DNA of 64,000 bases from an uncultured Verrucomicrobiae bacterium (lineage in GTDB: Bacteria > Verrucomicrobiota > Verrucomicrobiia > Limisphaerales > J093): the NCBI GenBank assembly GCA_963846445.1, contig CAWJWM010000004.1, positions 59,879 through 123,878 of the forward strand. Direction: 5' to 3'. The translations under genes were made by a program, and so were the position numbers. Below are positions 1-9,516 of this stretch, piece by piece; the first letter of the stretch is position 1; every line of letters begins with the position of its first letter. Below the pieces are notes generated by a model. It saw nothing but the letters and a program-made list of their open reading frames with translations. It was not told the DNA's origin and searched no databases.

Positions 1-97
1 AGTCCCAACTCGATCTTCTGCTGATCCTCGGACGTGACGGAATCAGCCGCCTCACGGTCGCCCAAGACGGGGCCCTGTCCTCTACACCCCCCCACCC

Positions 98-1033
98 GTG
101 ACTGCCCGAACCCTCGAAGTCTCCCTCACCACCTCGATCGAAGCCGAAGAGCCGGTGGCGGCATTGATGGAACGACTGTTCCGCCGGACGCCGGCGCTCT
201 ACACAGGCGAGGAAGCGGCGGTCACAAAGATCAGTGTCTACCTCGAAAGCGAGCGGGGGTGGACCAGCGCAAAGAGAATCGCTTTGTCGCGCGGTCTCGC
301 CCGATTGCGCGCGGCTGGCCTGGCAGTCGAGCCCGCACGGCTCCGGCTGCGATCGCTCCGCCCCGAAAGTTGGATCCACTCGTGGAAACGCCACTTCCAG
401 CCAGTCGAAATCGGCGCCGCGTTGCTGGTGAAACCGACCTGGAGCCGGCGACGCCCACAACCCCGGCAGGCCGTCGTGACTCTGGACCCGGGCCTCAGCT
501 TCGGGACCGGCCAGCACCCCACCACCCGGTTCTGCCTGGAACAGGTGGTGGCCTGCCGGAATCTGGCCCAGCCGCCATCGTTCCTGGACGTTGGGACCGG
601 CTCGGGCATTCTGGCCATCGCGGCGGCCACCGTCGGATACCAACCGACGATCGCCTTCGACCTCGATCCGGTGGCGGTCAAGGCGGCCCGCGCCAACGCC
701 AGAGTCAATCAAGTGGCCCGCCAGGTGCGGTTTCTCCGCGACGATGTGCGGCACCCGCGGTTCAACACCGGAACTCCATTTCACCTCGTCTGCGCAAATC
801 TCACGTCCGACTTGCTGCTGGCCCAGGCAGGGCGCCTGGCGCGATGGGTGCATCCCAAGGGCCGGCTCGTGTTGGCAGGCATCCTCAAGCGCGAGTTCCA
901 CGGCGTCCGCAACGCTTACCAGGACCTCGGGCTGCGGTTGGCGGCGACGCGCGTCGGCCGCGAATGGCAGTCTGGTGCGTTCGTCTGGGAAAACGACTCA
1001 TCCAAGCCGACACGCAAAATCGACACCCGCTAG
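98..1033 (+). CDS. prmA: ribosomal protein L11 methyltransferase
   Basis: 311-aa ORF with a PrmA-like layout. It has the SAM-binding motif LDVGTGSGILAIAA, plus HPTTRFCLE and FDLDP. Its TAG stop (1031-1033) is also the first 3 nt of a repeat module. Confidence 0.85.
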   Translation: MTARTLEVSLTTSIEAEEPVAALMERLFRRTPALYTGEEAAVTKISVYLESERGWTSAKRIALSRGLARLRAAGLAVEPARLRLRSLRPESWIHSWKRHFQPVEIGAALLVKPTWSRRRPQPRQAVVTLDPGLSFGTGQHPTTRFCLEQVVACRNLAQPPSFLDVGTGSGILAIAAATVGYQPTIAFDLDPVAVKAARANARVNQVARQVRFLRDDVRHPRFNTGTPFHLVCANLTSDLLLAQAGRLARWVHPKGRLVLAGILKREFHGVRNAYQDLGLRLAATRVGREWQSGAFVWENDSSKPTRKIDTR

Positions 1034-1682
1034 CGAGGCGCGCCTCAGACCAAATCCCAATCTTCGACATCATGAACCGCCCTTTCGTATTCCTGCCCTT
1101 CTCTCCCGCGCCTCGCTCCTTAGAATCCTTGCGAAACGAAAGGGATAGGGGTGAAGGCCAAACTTGACTTGATCGCAACATGTTCGGGGCTTCAAGGATT
1201 CTAGCCTGCTCCATCTACCCAACATCTGAACAAAACAGTCAAGTTTTCCGCGAAGCGGAACGGAGGATTCCAACGAAGCTCCGCGTTCGGACGGCCCCAT
1301 CAGTACCAGCAGAATCGAAAGCCCAGGCTCGCTCGTCGGTTTGAGGCGGAGCTTCGTTGGAATCCTTGACCGGTGAAACTCGTAGTAATCAAGTCAAGTT
1401 TGTGCGCTGCGTTGAAAGGGTCAAGGAGTTCTACAGAGCGAGGCGCGGGACAGAGGTAAGGGAAGGCATGGCGACTGTTCGTGAAGGCGAGGATCGCAAA
1501 TGGTCCGGGGCGCGCCTCGCTGGAGTGACTTCTCTTTCAGAATCTGTACTGAATGGGTCAAGTTGTTGCGCCGCGCAGCGGCGCCCCTTTTAGCGAGGCG
1601 TCGACTGCCGGTGACATAGGTCAAGGCCCAACCCAGACAATCTGGCAAGGTGCCGCGTCGGTCTGAGGCGCAGCCTCGCTAA
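1031..1682. repeat. cluster of modular intergenic repeats: C 1031-1133, D 1134-1204, 20-bp IR pair 1264-1283/1337-1356, D' 1360-1431, C' 1432-1522, B' 1523-1589, A 1590-1682
   Basis: Each module recurs elsewhere in the window. A/C termini share AGCGAGGC(N3)GCCTC. D has GAATCCTTGACC/GGTCAAGGATTC inverted ends. 1360-1682 is the reverse complement in module order of 39803-40122. Confidence 0.8.
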
Positions 1683-1850
1683 AAATGAGTTGCCGATGGT
1701 TGAACACCGTCGTACAGGTGGGTGTCGATAAGCCCGAAGACGTGAAGCCTGAGGGGCGATGAAGCGGGCAAGTCAAGCCAAGACCGTGGGACGCCGGAAA
1801 AGCGCCGGGGGATCCTTTCCCCTCCCTCAGGCCCACCCGAGCCAAGACCT

Positions 1851-2012
1851 ATGTCAAAGTCAAACGACATCATCACCAATGCGGTCAGCAATGCCAAACA
1901 CCCGTTCCCACAAGTCGATGACCGCCCCGGCAAATCGAAAAAACACCGGTACGAACGACGCAAGGTCAAGGAGTATATCAAACTCGGCGATTGGTCCGAG
2001 CAGACAGCTTAG
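1851..2012 (+). CDS. hypothetical small basic protein (53 aa), speculative
   Basis: ATG-to-TAG ORF read by hand: MSKSNDIITNAVSNAKHPFPQVDDRPGKSKKHRYERRKVKEYIKLGDWSEQTA. It sits in a locally lower-GC island between repeats, and its stop is supplied by the TTAG of the next repeat. No recognisable family. Confidence 0.2.
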   Translation: MSKSNDIITNAVSNAKHPFPQVDDRPGKSKKHRYERRKVKEYIKLGDWSEQTA

Positions 2013-2100
2013 CGAGGCGCGCCTCAGACCATTTGTCATTCTCAACTTCATGGACAGTCTCCATCCGTTCTTTTCCCTCTCTCCCCGCCTCGCTCTTTAG
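2009..2100 (+). repeat. module C repeat copy, directly abutting the 3' end of the group II intron
   Basis: TTAGCGAGGCGCGCCTCAGACC...CCGCCTCGCTCTTTAG. Same family as 1031-1133 and 39961-40051. Confidence 0.8.
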
Positions 2101-2176
2101 TAGAGTAGGCAGGTGAGGAGTTGCGGGACTTAAACCGACTGGTGTTGTCAGTGTCCCTCTCCTCACCTGCCCCTCA

Positions 2177-2214
<38 letters not shown>

Positions 2215-2243
2215 GAGCTCATTCATCCTCAAGCTTGGGTCGT

Positions 2244-3540
2244 TCAGTGAGACCAACTGCCCGACAGAGGCAGGGTCCAGAGTCCATACTTCTCATGGAG
2301 ACGTTGGTCGGTGTAGCGGGTCCACAGTCCGCGTCGGCAGTCGTGCTTGCGCCACAGCCACCGGCGGAGCCGGTTCGCGGCTGTAACTGAGCATTTGGCC
2401 GCAGACCCGACTGCTGTGTCCCCACTGGAAGTAGCCGGCCCATCCGCGCAGGACTTGGTTGACCTCCTTTACCACGTCAGCGACTGGTCGCCAAAGACTC
2501 CCATGGTGAAGAATCTCTCCCAGCCTATCTCGCAGCTCCTGCCGGCTTTTCGGGTGCGGTTCGATATGGAGGTATCGACGACCTCGGCGACTGGTTCTTG
2601 AGGTCAGGCTGAAGCCCAGGAAATCGGATCCCCTCCTGGCGGATATTCACCAGGCGTGTCTTCTTCTCGTTGAGCTGCAGTCCCTTCTTCCTCAGCCACT
2701 TTTGTAGTCGTGCCTTCATTTCGGCCCCCTGCCCTGGACGACAGCAGATGACAAAGTCGTCCGCGTACCGCACCAGGACAGGTTGGCCCGCCAGCACGCT
2801 CGTTGACCTCATGGTCCAGTCGGTCCAGATAGACATTGGCCAACAGAGGCGAAAGAACCCCCCCTTGCGGCGTGCCGCAGCGGTTGGGCAACACCCTCTG
2901 CCTGCCTTGCTTGTCCCTCTCCACCACGGGGGCGCGCAGCCAGCTTGATCAGCCGCAAGACACTCCCGTCACTGACCCGTTTGGCCACCAAGCGCATCAA
3001 GTCCCGGTGCGGAATCGTGTCGAAATATTTCGACAAATCCGCGTCCAGAATCTCAACCCGCCCTCTCCACACCGCCTGGTCAATAGCCCGGAGGGCTTGA
3101 TGGGCGTTGCGTTTGGGCCGATAACCGTACGAGTGCGGATGGAAGTCCGCCTCGAAAATCGGCATCAGCACCAGATACACCGCCATCTGAACCACCCGAT
3201 CTCTGACCGTCGGAATACCCAGCGGCCGCTGACCCCCGTCCGGTTTCTCGAGCGCAAACCCGTAGGACCGCTTGGGGTCGATACGTCTTGGCCTGGAGTT
3301 CCCTTTGAAGGGTCCGTAGCCACTGCTCCCGCCCTTCCGTCGTGGCATTGACCATGTCCAGGCTTTCCCCGTCCACGCCAGCCACGCCGTCGTTTCCGGT
3401 GACCGCTCTCAGAGCTGTCTCCAGCACTGCGAACCGCATCACCTCTCCGTATAGGCTCCAGAACCGCCACCGCGGTTCGGCCTTGGCTTTCCGATAAAGC
3501 GCGATTTGAAGCTCCCGAACTTTCTCCGGGGTTAGTATCC
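2244..3540 (-). pseudogene. group II intron reverse transcriptase/maturase, at least 5 frameshifts, no En domain
   Basis: Pieces lie in different frames: LTPEKVRELQIALYRKAKAEPRWRFWSLYGEV; KPDGGQRPLGIPTVRDRVVQMAV; GTPQGGVLSPLLANVYL; VRYADDFVICC; domain X VNQVLRGWAGYFQWG; C-terminus RLRRWLWRKH...YGLWTLP then TGA at 2244-2246. Confidence 0.85.
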
Positions 3541-4060
3541 GGTTGTCCCGGCCATCCCCAGGTCCTTCGCTTCGCCTCCACGCGTTGAGGCAAGTGCCCC
3601 CGCTCGGCGTCTTGCACCGCTTGAAGTAGTGCAGGTCCACGCCTTCTCCAGGGACTCCGATTCCTCGGACGACCTCCGCCGCCTTGTGGGGCCTACCCAC
3701 TTGTGCGTCGGGTTGGGGCTTTGCTACCCCGCCGCCAGAGGTGTTCCCGCCTTGACTGTCACCACCCTTTCCAGACGTGCTGTCCACGCTGACCCCGCCG
3801 GAGCGTTGAGGAGCCTTAGACTGTTGGGGTGACTCCCCCCTGCGGCCTTCGCCATCCGGGCAGTGGCTCGGCTCTCCGGTTGTAGAGTTCTCGAGGCTCA
3901 TTCGATGTGGTTTACCGTCATTACGGCCCGTCTGTTCGATCCGCCCCGGCTACCCCTCTGGTCTCACGACCAGACAGTTGGAGCGGCCTTCTGCCGCGAA
4001 CAGTCCAATTCGGCAGGTGGGATTCACACCCACTGTGGTGCCAGCGTGGCTGGCTGCTGC

Positions 4061-4340
4061 GCCCGCATTTCTCACCAACTTTTGATGTCGTCTGACCAGT
4101 CACCGTCACATTGCACCTGAAATGCGGGCTCTCAGAAACCCGCGCCCCAAGCAGATGGACCCAATCTCGACCACACTGTGCCCGCGTGCCCGGGTCGCCC
4201 ACGCGGCAGGGGCGCGTCCCGGCTCTGATGAACCGATGAGCCAATTCCCTTTGATGGGCGCGGGTTTCACAGACCCGGAAACCTCACCCACGGACCGTCA
4301 GGAATGCTACGACCGCCCCACTGGTGAGATTTCCGGGTTA
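4061..4340. repeat. composite repeat: 70-nt hairpin element H1 (4061-4130), segment X (4131-4195), unique Y, 45-nt segment Z (4297-4340)
   Basis: H recurs at 36842-36909, 42544-42613 and 60118-60187. X matches the reverse complement of 60053-60117. Z matches 42614-42658. Z contains the tnpA stop and may be a Tn3-type terminal IR. Confidence 0.75.
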
Positions 4341-4787
4341 GGCCTGGATGAAGGGTCGTAACGGCCTGAAGTTGTTCGGCTGAATCCTGCCACTCTCGGG
4401 CCAGAAATAATCGCCGGTCAGATTGATGTGCTCCCAGCCTAGCGGTGAGAGGTGCTGGAGCAGAGTCTGATCGACCGCCTGGCCGTGATCCCTGATCGCG
4501 CTGACCGTACTCGACCCAGCTTTCCGGTGGGATGTTGAGCTGCGTTGCCACCAAGCTCAACAGGGGCGCGGAGGGTTGCTCGTTCGCGCCCAGAACATCA
4601 TGCCTGGGTAGCGCATGTAGCGGAGCTGCACAGCATAGCCCAGCCGATTGGCCGCCCCGCGACATTTCTGGATGACCGACAGGTCAGACTCGCTGAGGGT
4701 GTAGTGGCGGATCAGCTCGCTTGGTTCGTTAGGCGGAGCGAGATGACTCTCGCGTTCGGCGGCGGAAAGGAGCGCACGGCGCGGCAC
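4338..4787 (-). pseudogene. tnpA: Tn3-family transposase remnant: N-terminus joined to extreme C-terminus, internally deleted and frameshifted
   Basis: N-terminus MPRRALLSAAERESHLAPPNEPSELIRHYTLSESDLSVIQKCRGAANRLGYAVQLRYMRYPG. By hand translation the 3' part reads [34 protein letters not shown]...RPLRPFIQA*, the typical last ~50 aa of Tn3-type TnpA. The ~850 aa in between are missing. Confidence 0.8.
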
Positions 4788-4790
4788 AGA

Positions 4791-5125
4791 TCACCGCTTC
4801 GGCCACAGATATTGATAAAGCGTCTCGCGACTGATCCGTAAGTCGAGGGCAACCTTGACCTTCGATTCCCCGGCCTCGATGCGCCGCCTCATCTCGGCGA
4901 CCTGCTCGTCGTTCAGCGCCCGCTTGCGGCCCCGGTAGGCACCGCGTTGCTTGGCCAGCGCGATCCCCTCACGCTGACGTTCGCGGATCAACGCTCGCTC
5001 GAGAATTCGGCGAAGGCCCCCATCACTGACAGCATCAGGTTGGCCATCGGGGAGTCCTCGCCGCTGAAGACCAGGTGCTCCTTAAGGAATTCAATCCGCA
5101 CGCCCCGCTTGGTCAAGCGGGGCGC
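4791..5125 (-). pseudogene. tnpR: serine recombinase (Tn3-type resolvase) remnant, N-terminally truncated and frameshifted
   Basis: LTKRGVRIEFLKEHLVFSGEDSPMANLMLSVMGAFAEF, then a shift, then LIRERQREGIALAKQRGAYRGRKRAL...HTH tail ISRETLYQYL. The catalytic N-terminal part is absent. Confidence 0.75.
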
Positions 5126-5359
5126 TCTAGCGGGGGCTCGTAATCGACGTGCCGATAAAGTTGCCGGAGGCAGTCCAGTTTGGCTGTCACGTTTTCACCT
5201 TTTTGCTTCAGGAGACTGTGGAACGGTCAAGTGTGCCACCCGCGGGAGCGGGAGCCTCCGGACAGAGTCGGCGCGAGTAGCGTCGGCTCCCTGAGGGTTA
5301 GGCCCCGGCGACGGCGGGCACCGACCGGCCGCAGACTATCAATCGACAGGTCTAATCTC

Positions 5360-6827
5360 ATGAAAACGCCGCTCAACCGATTCACCTGCCACCGGGCCTT
5401 TCACTCCGGCATGCTGGGTATAGCCGCAACGCTGCTGCTGGCCGCTTTGCCGGTGGCCGCTGCCGACACTCCCTATACGTCCACCGGCTGGATCACCGGG
5501 GTGCCGGTTCCAGGCATCTGGTGCACCAATGCGCTCGGCCAAGTGCTGTTCCGAGGCAACGCCCACCTGGTGCGCGTGCAAAGCAGCGATGCACGCCTGA
5601 CCGGCCAGCGCCTGATCTTCGTGGATGGGGCAGCCCAAGCCGACGGCTCGGCCATCATTTACGGCACGGCGCTATCAGGAGGTCGGCACCTGGGACCTGG
5701 CCGATCCGCAAAATCCCAGGTTCACCCCTACCGGTGGGCTCTGGGAAACCACACACCGCGGGGTCATGCAAGCCGACAACAGTCTGCAACTCGAAATCGT
5801 CGGCTACGGTTCAGGGGGGACCATTGACGGCCTGCGCCTGGAGGAGACGTTGACCCGGGCGGCGGGAGAGCTCATGGATCCGGCCATTCCCTACCAGTAC
5901 ACCGGCACACTCAAACCCCCGCCGCTGAGCACGAACCTGCTGCTCGACGACTTCAATGCCCCTGCAGTGGGTTGGAGCTATTGGGGACCTCAGTCATACT
6001 CCTACACCCGGCCCAGCGGCCGACTCGTGGTCACCGGGCATTGGCCGGTGATCACCCGGTCAGTGATGGACAGCTACACCATCGGGATGCCACCCACCCG
6101 ATGGACCGTGGCTGACGGCCAGACCCTCGAAGCCCGGGTGGAGTTGGTCAGTTCCAGCGAGAGCACCACCTGGGCGACACTCATGGTGGGAACCACGACC
6201 GGCTTTTACGGCCTCTGCAAAGGTCATGACTTCATGGCGCTGCGTAAATGGTCGGTGAACCAGAGTGACAGTGGCCGAGCAGTCACCCTGTTCAACTTCG
6301 AAAAGCCGCAATTGCCGGATTCCGACGTGGTGCTCGCTTTGGCTTTGACAAGGGCGAACACGAACGTAGTGGTCACCGTCCGCGTCCTGGATAAAACCAA
6401 CCCCGACTCCGTCCTCTATGAAAGCAGCGTCGTGGATACCCCCAACGCTGATCCCGCCCTGACGTCGGCCGAGTTGCTGAGTCTCTCCGGCATGAACTTG
6501 GTCTTGTCTGCCGACCCGCGCGAAGCGCCGTTCACGACCGGCGAGGCAGCCGTTGGCATCTTTCAATACAACCACGACGGCCGGCAACCCGCGGCGGTCG
6601 CCACATTCGACAACCTCGAACTGCGCAAGCATGACGTCCCGACGCTCGGCATCGGGCAAGCCGTGGTGCTCACGTGGCCCGATGTGGGGAGCTACGCCGT
6701 CGAAGGCGCGTCGTCCGTCGAGGGCTCCTGGCTGCCGGTCAACGACACGCCGCGGCCCGGGATGAAGCAGATGACCGTGCCGCTCACGCAGCCCGTGCAG
6801 TTCTTCCGCCTGCGGCAGGCGCCGTGA
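5360..6827 (+). CDS. secreted hypothetical protein with conserved C-terminal ...FFRLRQAP domain; one frameshift near 5670
   Basis: Signal-like N-terminus MKTPLNRF...LLLAALPVAAADT. The reading continues from ORF 5180-5827 into ORF 5625-6827. No recognisable catalytic family. Confidence 0.6.
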
Positions 6828-6879
6828 GTGAAGGTACTGCACCACGAAGACACGAAGGGCACGAAGCCAGAACAATCTC

Positions 6880-8124
6880 ATGAAACCAGGACTCCTTCCG
6901 CTTGCCAGCCGGTTGATCGCTCGAATCACCGCGGTCGTTTGTGGCGCCGCTCTTTCGTGCTTCTGTCTGCTCTCTCCTGCGCTCGGCGCGCCGGGATTCT
7001 GGACACAGAAGGCCGACATGCCTTCGCCAACCAGCACGCCAGCCTCGTGCGTGGTGGATGGAATCCTCTATGTGATCGGCGGCCATTATCCATACGAAAC
7101 CCGGCTCCGGACGGTCTGGGCGTACGATCCGCTAACGGACTCGTGGACGCGCAAAGCCGATATGCCGACAGCACGCCGTTTCTTGGCCGCCGCCGCTGTG
7201 GACGGGATGATCTACGTGATCGGCGGAGGTGGCAGCGGCGGCTTCCCCGGGACTCCTCTGAACATTGTCGAAGCCTACGATCCGAAAACAGATACCTGGG
7301 TGACCAAAGCGGATATGCCCACCGCGAGACAACTTCTGGCGGCCTGCGCCGTTGACGGGATCATCTACGCCATCGGCGGCGGGGCCGATTTCGACACTCC
7401 CTATGCCACGGTGGAAGCCTACGATCCCAAGACCGACCAATGGAGCAGGAAGTGCGATCTGCCCAAACCGCTTCGCTGGCTAACCGCGAGCGCGGCCGGT
7501 GGACTGATTTACGTCTTCGTTGGAACCGAAACCTACGCCTACGGATACACGTTTGCTTACGATCCGCAGGCCGATCGCTGGATATCCAAGGCCGAGTTTT
7601 CTCCGCGTAGCGCGGGGCTCATGTCCAGCACGGTGGACGGAATCATCTACCTCTTCGGAGGGGTCAAAGCGGACTTGTTAGGGCATGACTTCGCGCTGGC
7701 CTACGATCCCGATCAGGACCGGTTCACCAGCCGGCGGAAGATGCCCAGGACACGAATGACCGCAGCCTGTGGGGCCATCGATGGTATGATCTACCTCCCT
7801 GGTGGCGTTAGCAAAGACCCCGCCGTATACCCCGATGCTGTCTACTACCGGGTTGTTGACGTCTTCGATCCACAAGGCGGAGTGACGCCTCAGATTCTGT
7901 CCGCGACCCTTGAACCCACCAACCGACTGCGGCTGGTTTGGCAAGCGGAAGCTGGGATCAAGTATGGAGTCGAGACTAGCCCGGAAGTTGCCACCAACCG
8001 CTGGACGCGCGTCACGCTGCCGACCGGCAGCACTGCTTTAGCGACGAACGCATTGGTCGAAACGAGCTGTCCGGTTGCTCCAGGGGAACCAAGGCGATTC
8101 TACCGGGTGGTGGAGGCGCAATAG
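6880..8124 (+). CDS. secreted Kelch-repeat beta-propeller protein
   Basis: Signal peptide followed by about 6 repeats of the form W..KADMPTAR....A.VDG.IYVIGG. C-terminal ~65 aa domain ends RRFYRVVEAQ. Confidence 0.85.
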   Translation: MKPGLLPLASRLIARITAVVCGAALSCFCLLSPALGAPGFWTQKADMPSPTSTPASCVVDGILYVIGGHYPYETRLRTVWAYDPLTDSWTRKADMPTARRFLAAAAVDGMIYVIGGGGSGGFPGTPLNIVEAYDPKTDTWVTKADMPTARQLLAACAVDGIIYAIGGGADFDTPYATVEAYDPKTDQWSRKCDLPKPLRWLTASAAGGLIYVFVGTETYAYGYTFAYDPQADRWISKAEFSPRSAGLMSSTVDGIIYLFGGVKADLLGHDFALAYDPDQDRFTSRRKMPRTRMTAACGAIDGMIYLPGGVSKDPAVYPDAVYYRVVDVFDPQGGVTPQILSATLEPTNRLRLVWQAEAGIKYGVETSPEVATNRWTRVTLPTGSTALATNALVETSCPVAPGEPRRFYRVVEAQ

Positions 8125-8212
8125 ACTACTTCCACAAGCTTGGCGATGTGTTCGGCGCGCGCGCCGCCGGTTGTAGAATCCGGAACTGGTCCAAGCTGGC
8201 CGATTGCCAATG

Positions 8213-8240
8213 ATTGACAATAGATAATGGGTACGTAGAG
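8213..8240 (+). promoter_or_regulatory. candidate sigma-70 promoter of the TA operon
   Basis: TTGACA (8213-8218), 16-nt spacer, TAGAGT (8235-8240), in an AT-rich patch just upstream of 8248/8254. Confidence 0.3.
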
Positions 8241-8247
8241 TGACCGC

Positions 8248-8514
8248 GTGAAAATGGCGACCTTGAACATCAGCTTGCCGGGACCGATGGAAGCGTTCGT
8301 CCGCGCCCAGTGCGAACGGGACTATGGCAACCTCAGCGAATATTTCCGCACCCTCGTTCGGGAGAAGATGAAGCAGGAGATTGACGAAGACCTCCGCTTT
8401 CTGGAGTCCACGCGGCCCGGCGCCGCGCCGGGTCCCTCGGCCAGCGATGTGGAAGAAGTTCTGGCGCTGCAAAAACAGGTGAGAAAGGGCTTCGCCTGTG
8501 CGCGTGGTGCTTGA
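8248..8514 (+). CDS. ribbon-helix-helix (CopG/ParD-like) antitoxin
   Basis: 88 aa. N-terminal [34 protein letters not shown] is a typical RHH. Overlaps the downstream PIN gene by 17 nt. Confidence 0.75.
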   Translation: MKMATLNISLPGPMEAFVRAQCERDYGNLSEYFRTLVREKMKQEIDEDLRFLESTRPGAAPGPSASDVEEVLALQKQVRKGFACARGA

Positions 8515-8905
8515 CGCCAATGTGATCGCTTCCGGCGTCTGTTGGGACGGCGAGGCCTATCTCTGCCTGGTCAAACTGGCACGGCGACAAGCCTTCGCCT
8601 TTGGCACGGAGGCGACCCTGGCGGAGACGAGCGAGGTGACGACCCGGTTGATCCGACAGAAGCGGCCCGGACACAACGCGGCTGGCCGGCTGACGTGGTA
8701 CTTGAGCCGGGTGCGCATCGTGACCCCGGCGCCCTTGGGCAAACCACGTTCCCGGGACCGGAAGGACGATCCTTACCTCGCCGCTGCTCTCGCCGCCGAA
8801 GCCAAGTGCCTGGTCACGTACGACCACGACCTGCTGGTCCTGGGCAAACCGTTCGGGATCGAAATCGTCAAGCCCGCTGAGTTCTTGAGGCGGCTGCCCG
8901 GATAA
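8498..8905 (+). CDS. PIN-domain toxin (type II TA)
   Basis: 135 aa: [10 protein letters not shown]...[27 protein letters not shown]. The acidic residues are spaced as in the PIN fold. Confidence 0.75.
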   Translation: MRVVLDANVIASGVCWDGEAYLCLVKLARRQAFAFGTEATLAETSEVTTRLIRQKRPGHNAAGRLTWYLSRVRIVTPAPLGKPRSRDRKDDPYLAAALAAEAKCLVTYDHDLLVLGKPFGIEIVKPAEFLRRLPG

Positions 8906-9275
8906 GAGTGTTTTGTCGGAGGGACAACGATAGGCGCCTTCGCTTCGGGTGTACGGCCAGAGCGCGCCTTGGTGAATCCCGGCGGTGGAGCCGTCGGCCA
9001 AGGCAGACCCGCAGACCCAGGAATTGGTCGTGCTGCACAGGCTGCGCCAGTCACCCACTGGTCCGGCAACCCAGTTGGGCACGAGCCGGTCATTGTGATC
9101 GTCGGCGTACATCTGCCAGGCGAGTTGGAGCTGTTTGAGGTTGTTCGCGCACTGGATCGACTGCGCCGAGCGCTTGGCCTTGCCCAAAGCGGGCAACAGC
9201 AGCGACGCCAGGATCGCGATGATCGCAATGACAACAAGCAACTCGATGAGGGTGAAGGCGGATTTACGAAATTGC
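8906..9275 (-). pseudogene. prepilin-type N-terminal cleavage/methylation-domain protein, probably 3'-truncated; start unclear
   Basis: [48 protein letters not shown]...YRCPSD. The frame then runs antisense through the whole TA pair with no stop. It lacks the C-terminal DGH motif present in the paralogue at 61251-61916. Confidence 0.55.
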
Positions 9276-9516
9276 GGCAGGCGTGTTTGTTGGTGCTTCG
9301 ACCCGCCCTCGTCACGCGACGCCGCGAGCGTTTGGAGCGGTGCTTGAGCACCGCTTTGGCCGGCGGACGCTCCTGACGAACGATCCGCGCCCTCTGGCTG
9401 CTGGACACCCTGCGAATGCGGCGACTCCGCTCCCGCTGTGTCGCCGCACTCCAAACGCTCGCGCGACCTCGTCAGCCCCGGTGTCCAACGGACCCCCAAT
9501 TTCCGTCCGTGAGCGT

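Noticed and set aside
34-1167. 377-aa ORF overlapping prmA in another frame
   Set aside because: The translation is Arg/Pro/Gly-rich and low in complexity, as expected for an off-frame read in GC-rich DNA. The prmA frame has clear methyltransferase motifs.
4990-5010. Adjacent EcoRI/XhoI sites (GAATTCTCGAG) at the resolvase frameshift as a cloning scar
   Set aside because: The sites sit inside a conserved AEFER motif, which naturally encodes GAATTCGAG-like sequence. A 2-nt indel explains the pattern, and there is no vector-like sequence nearby.
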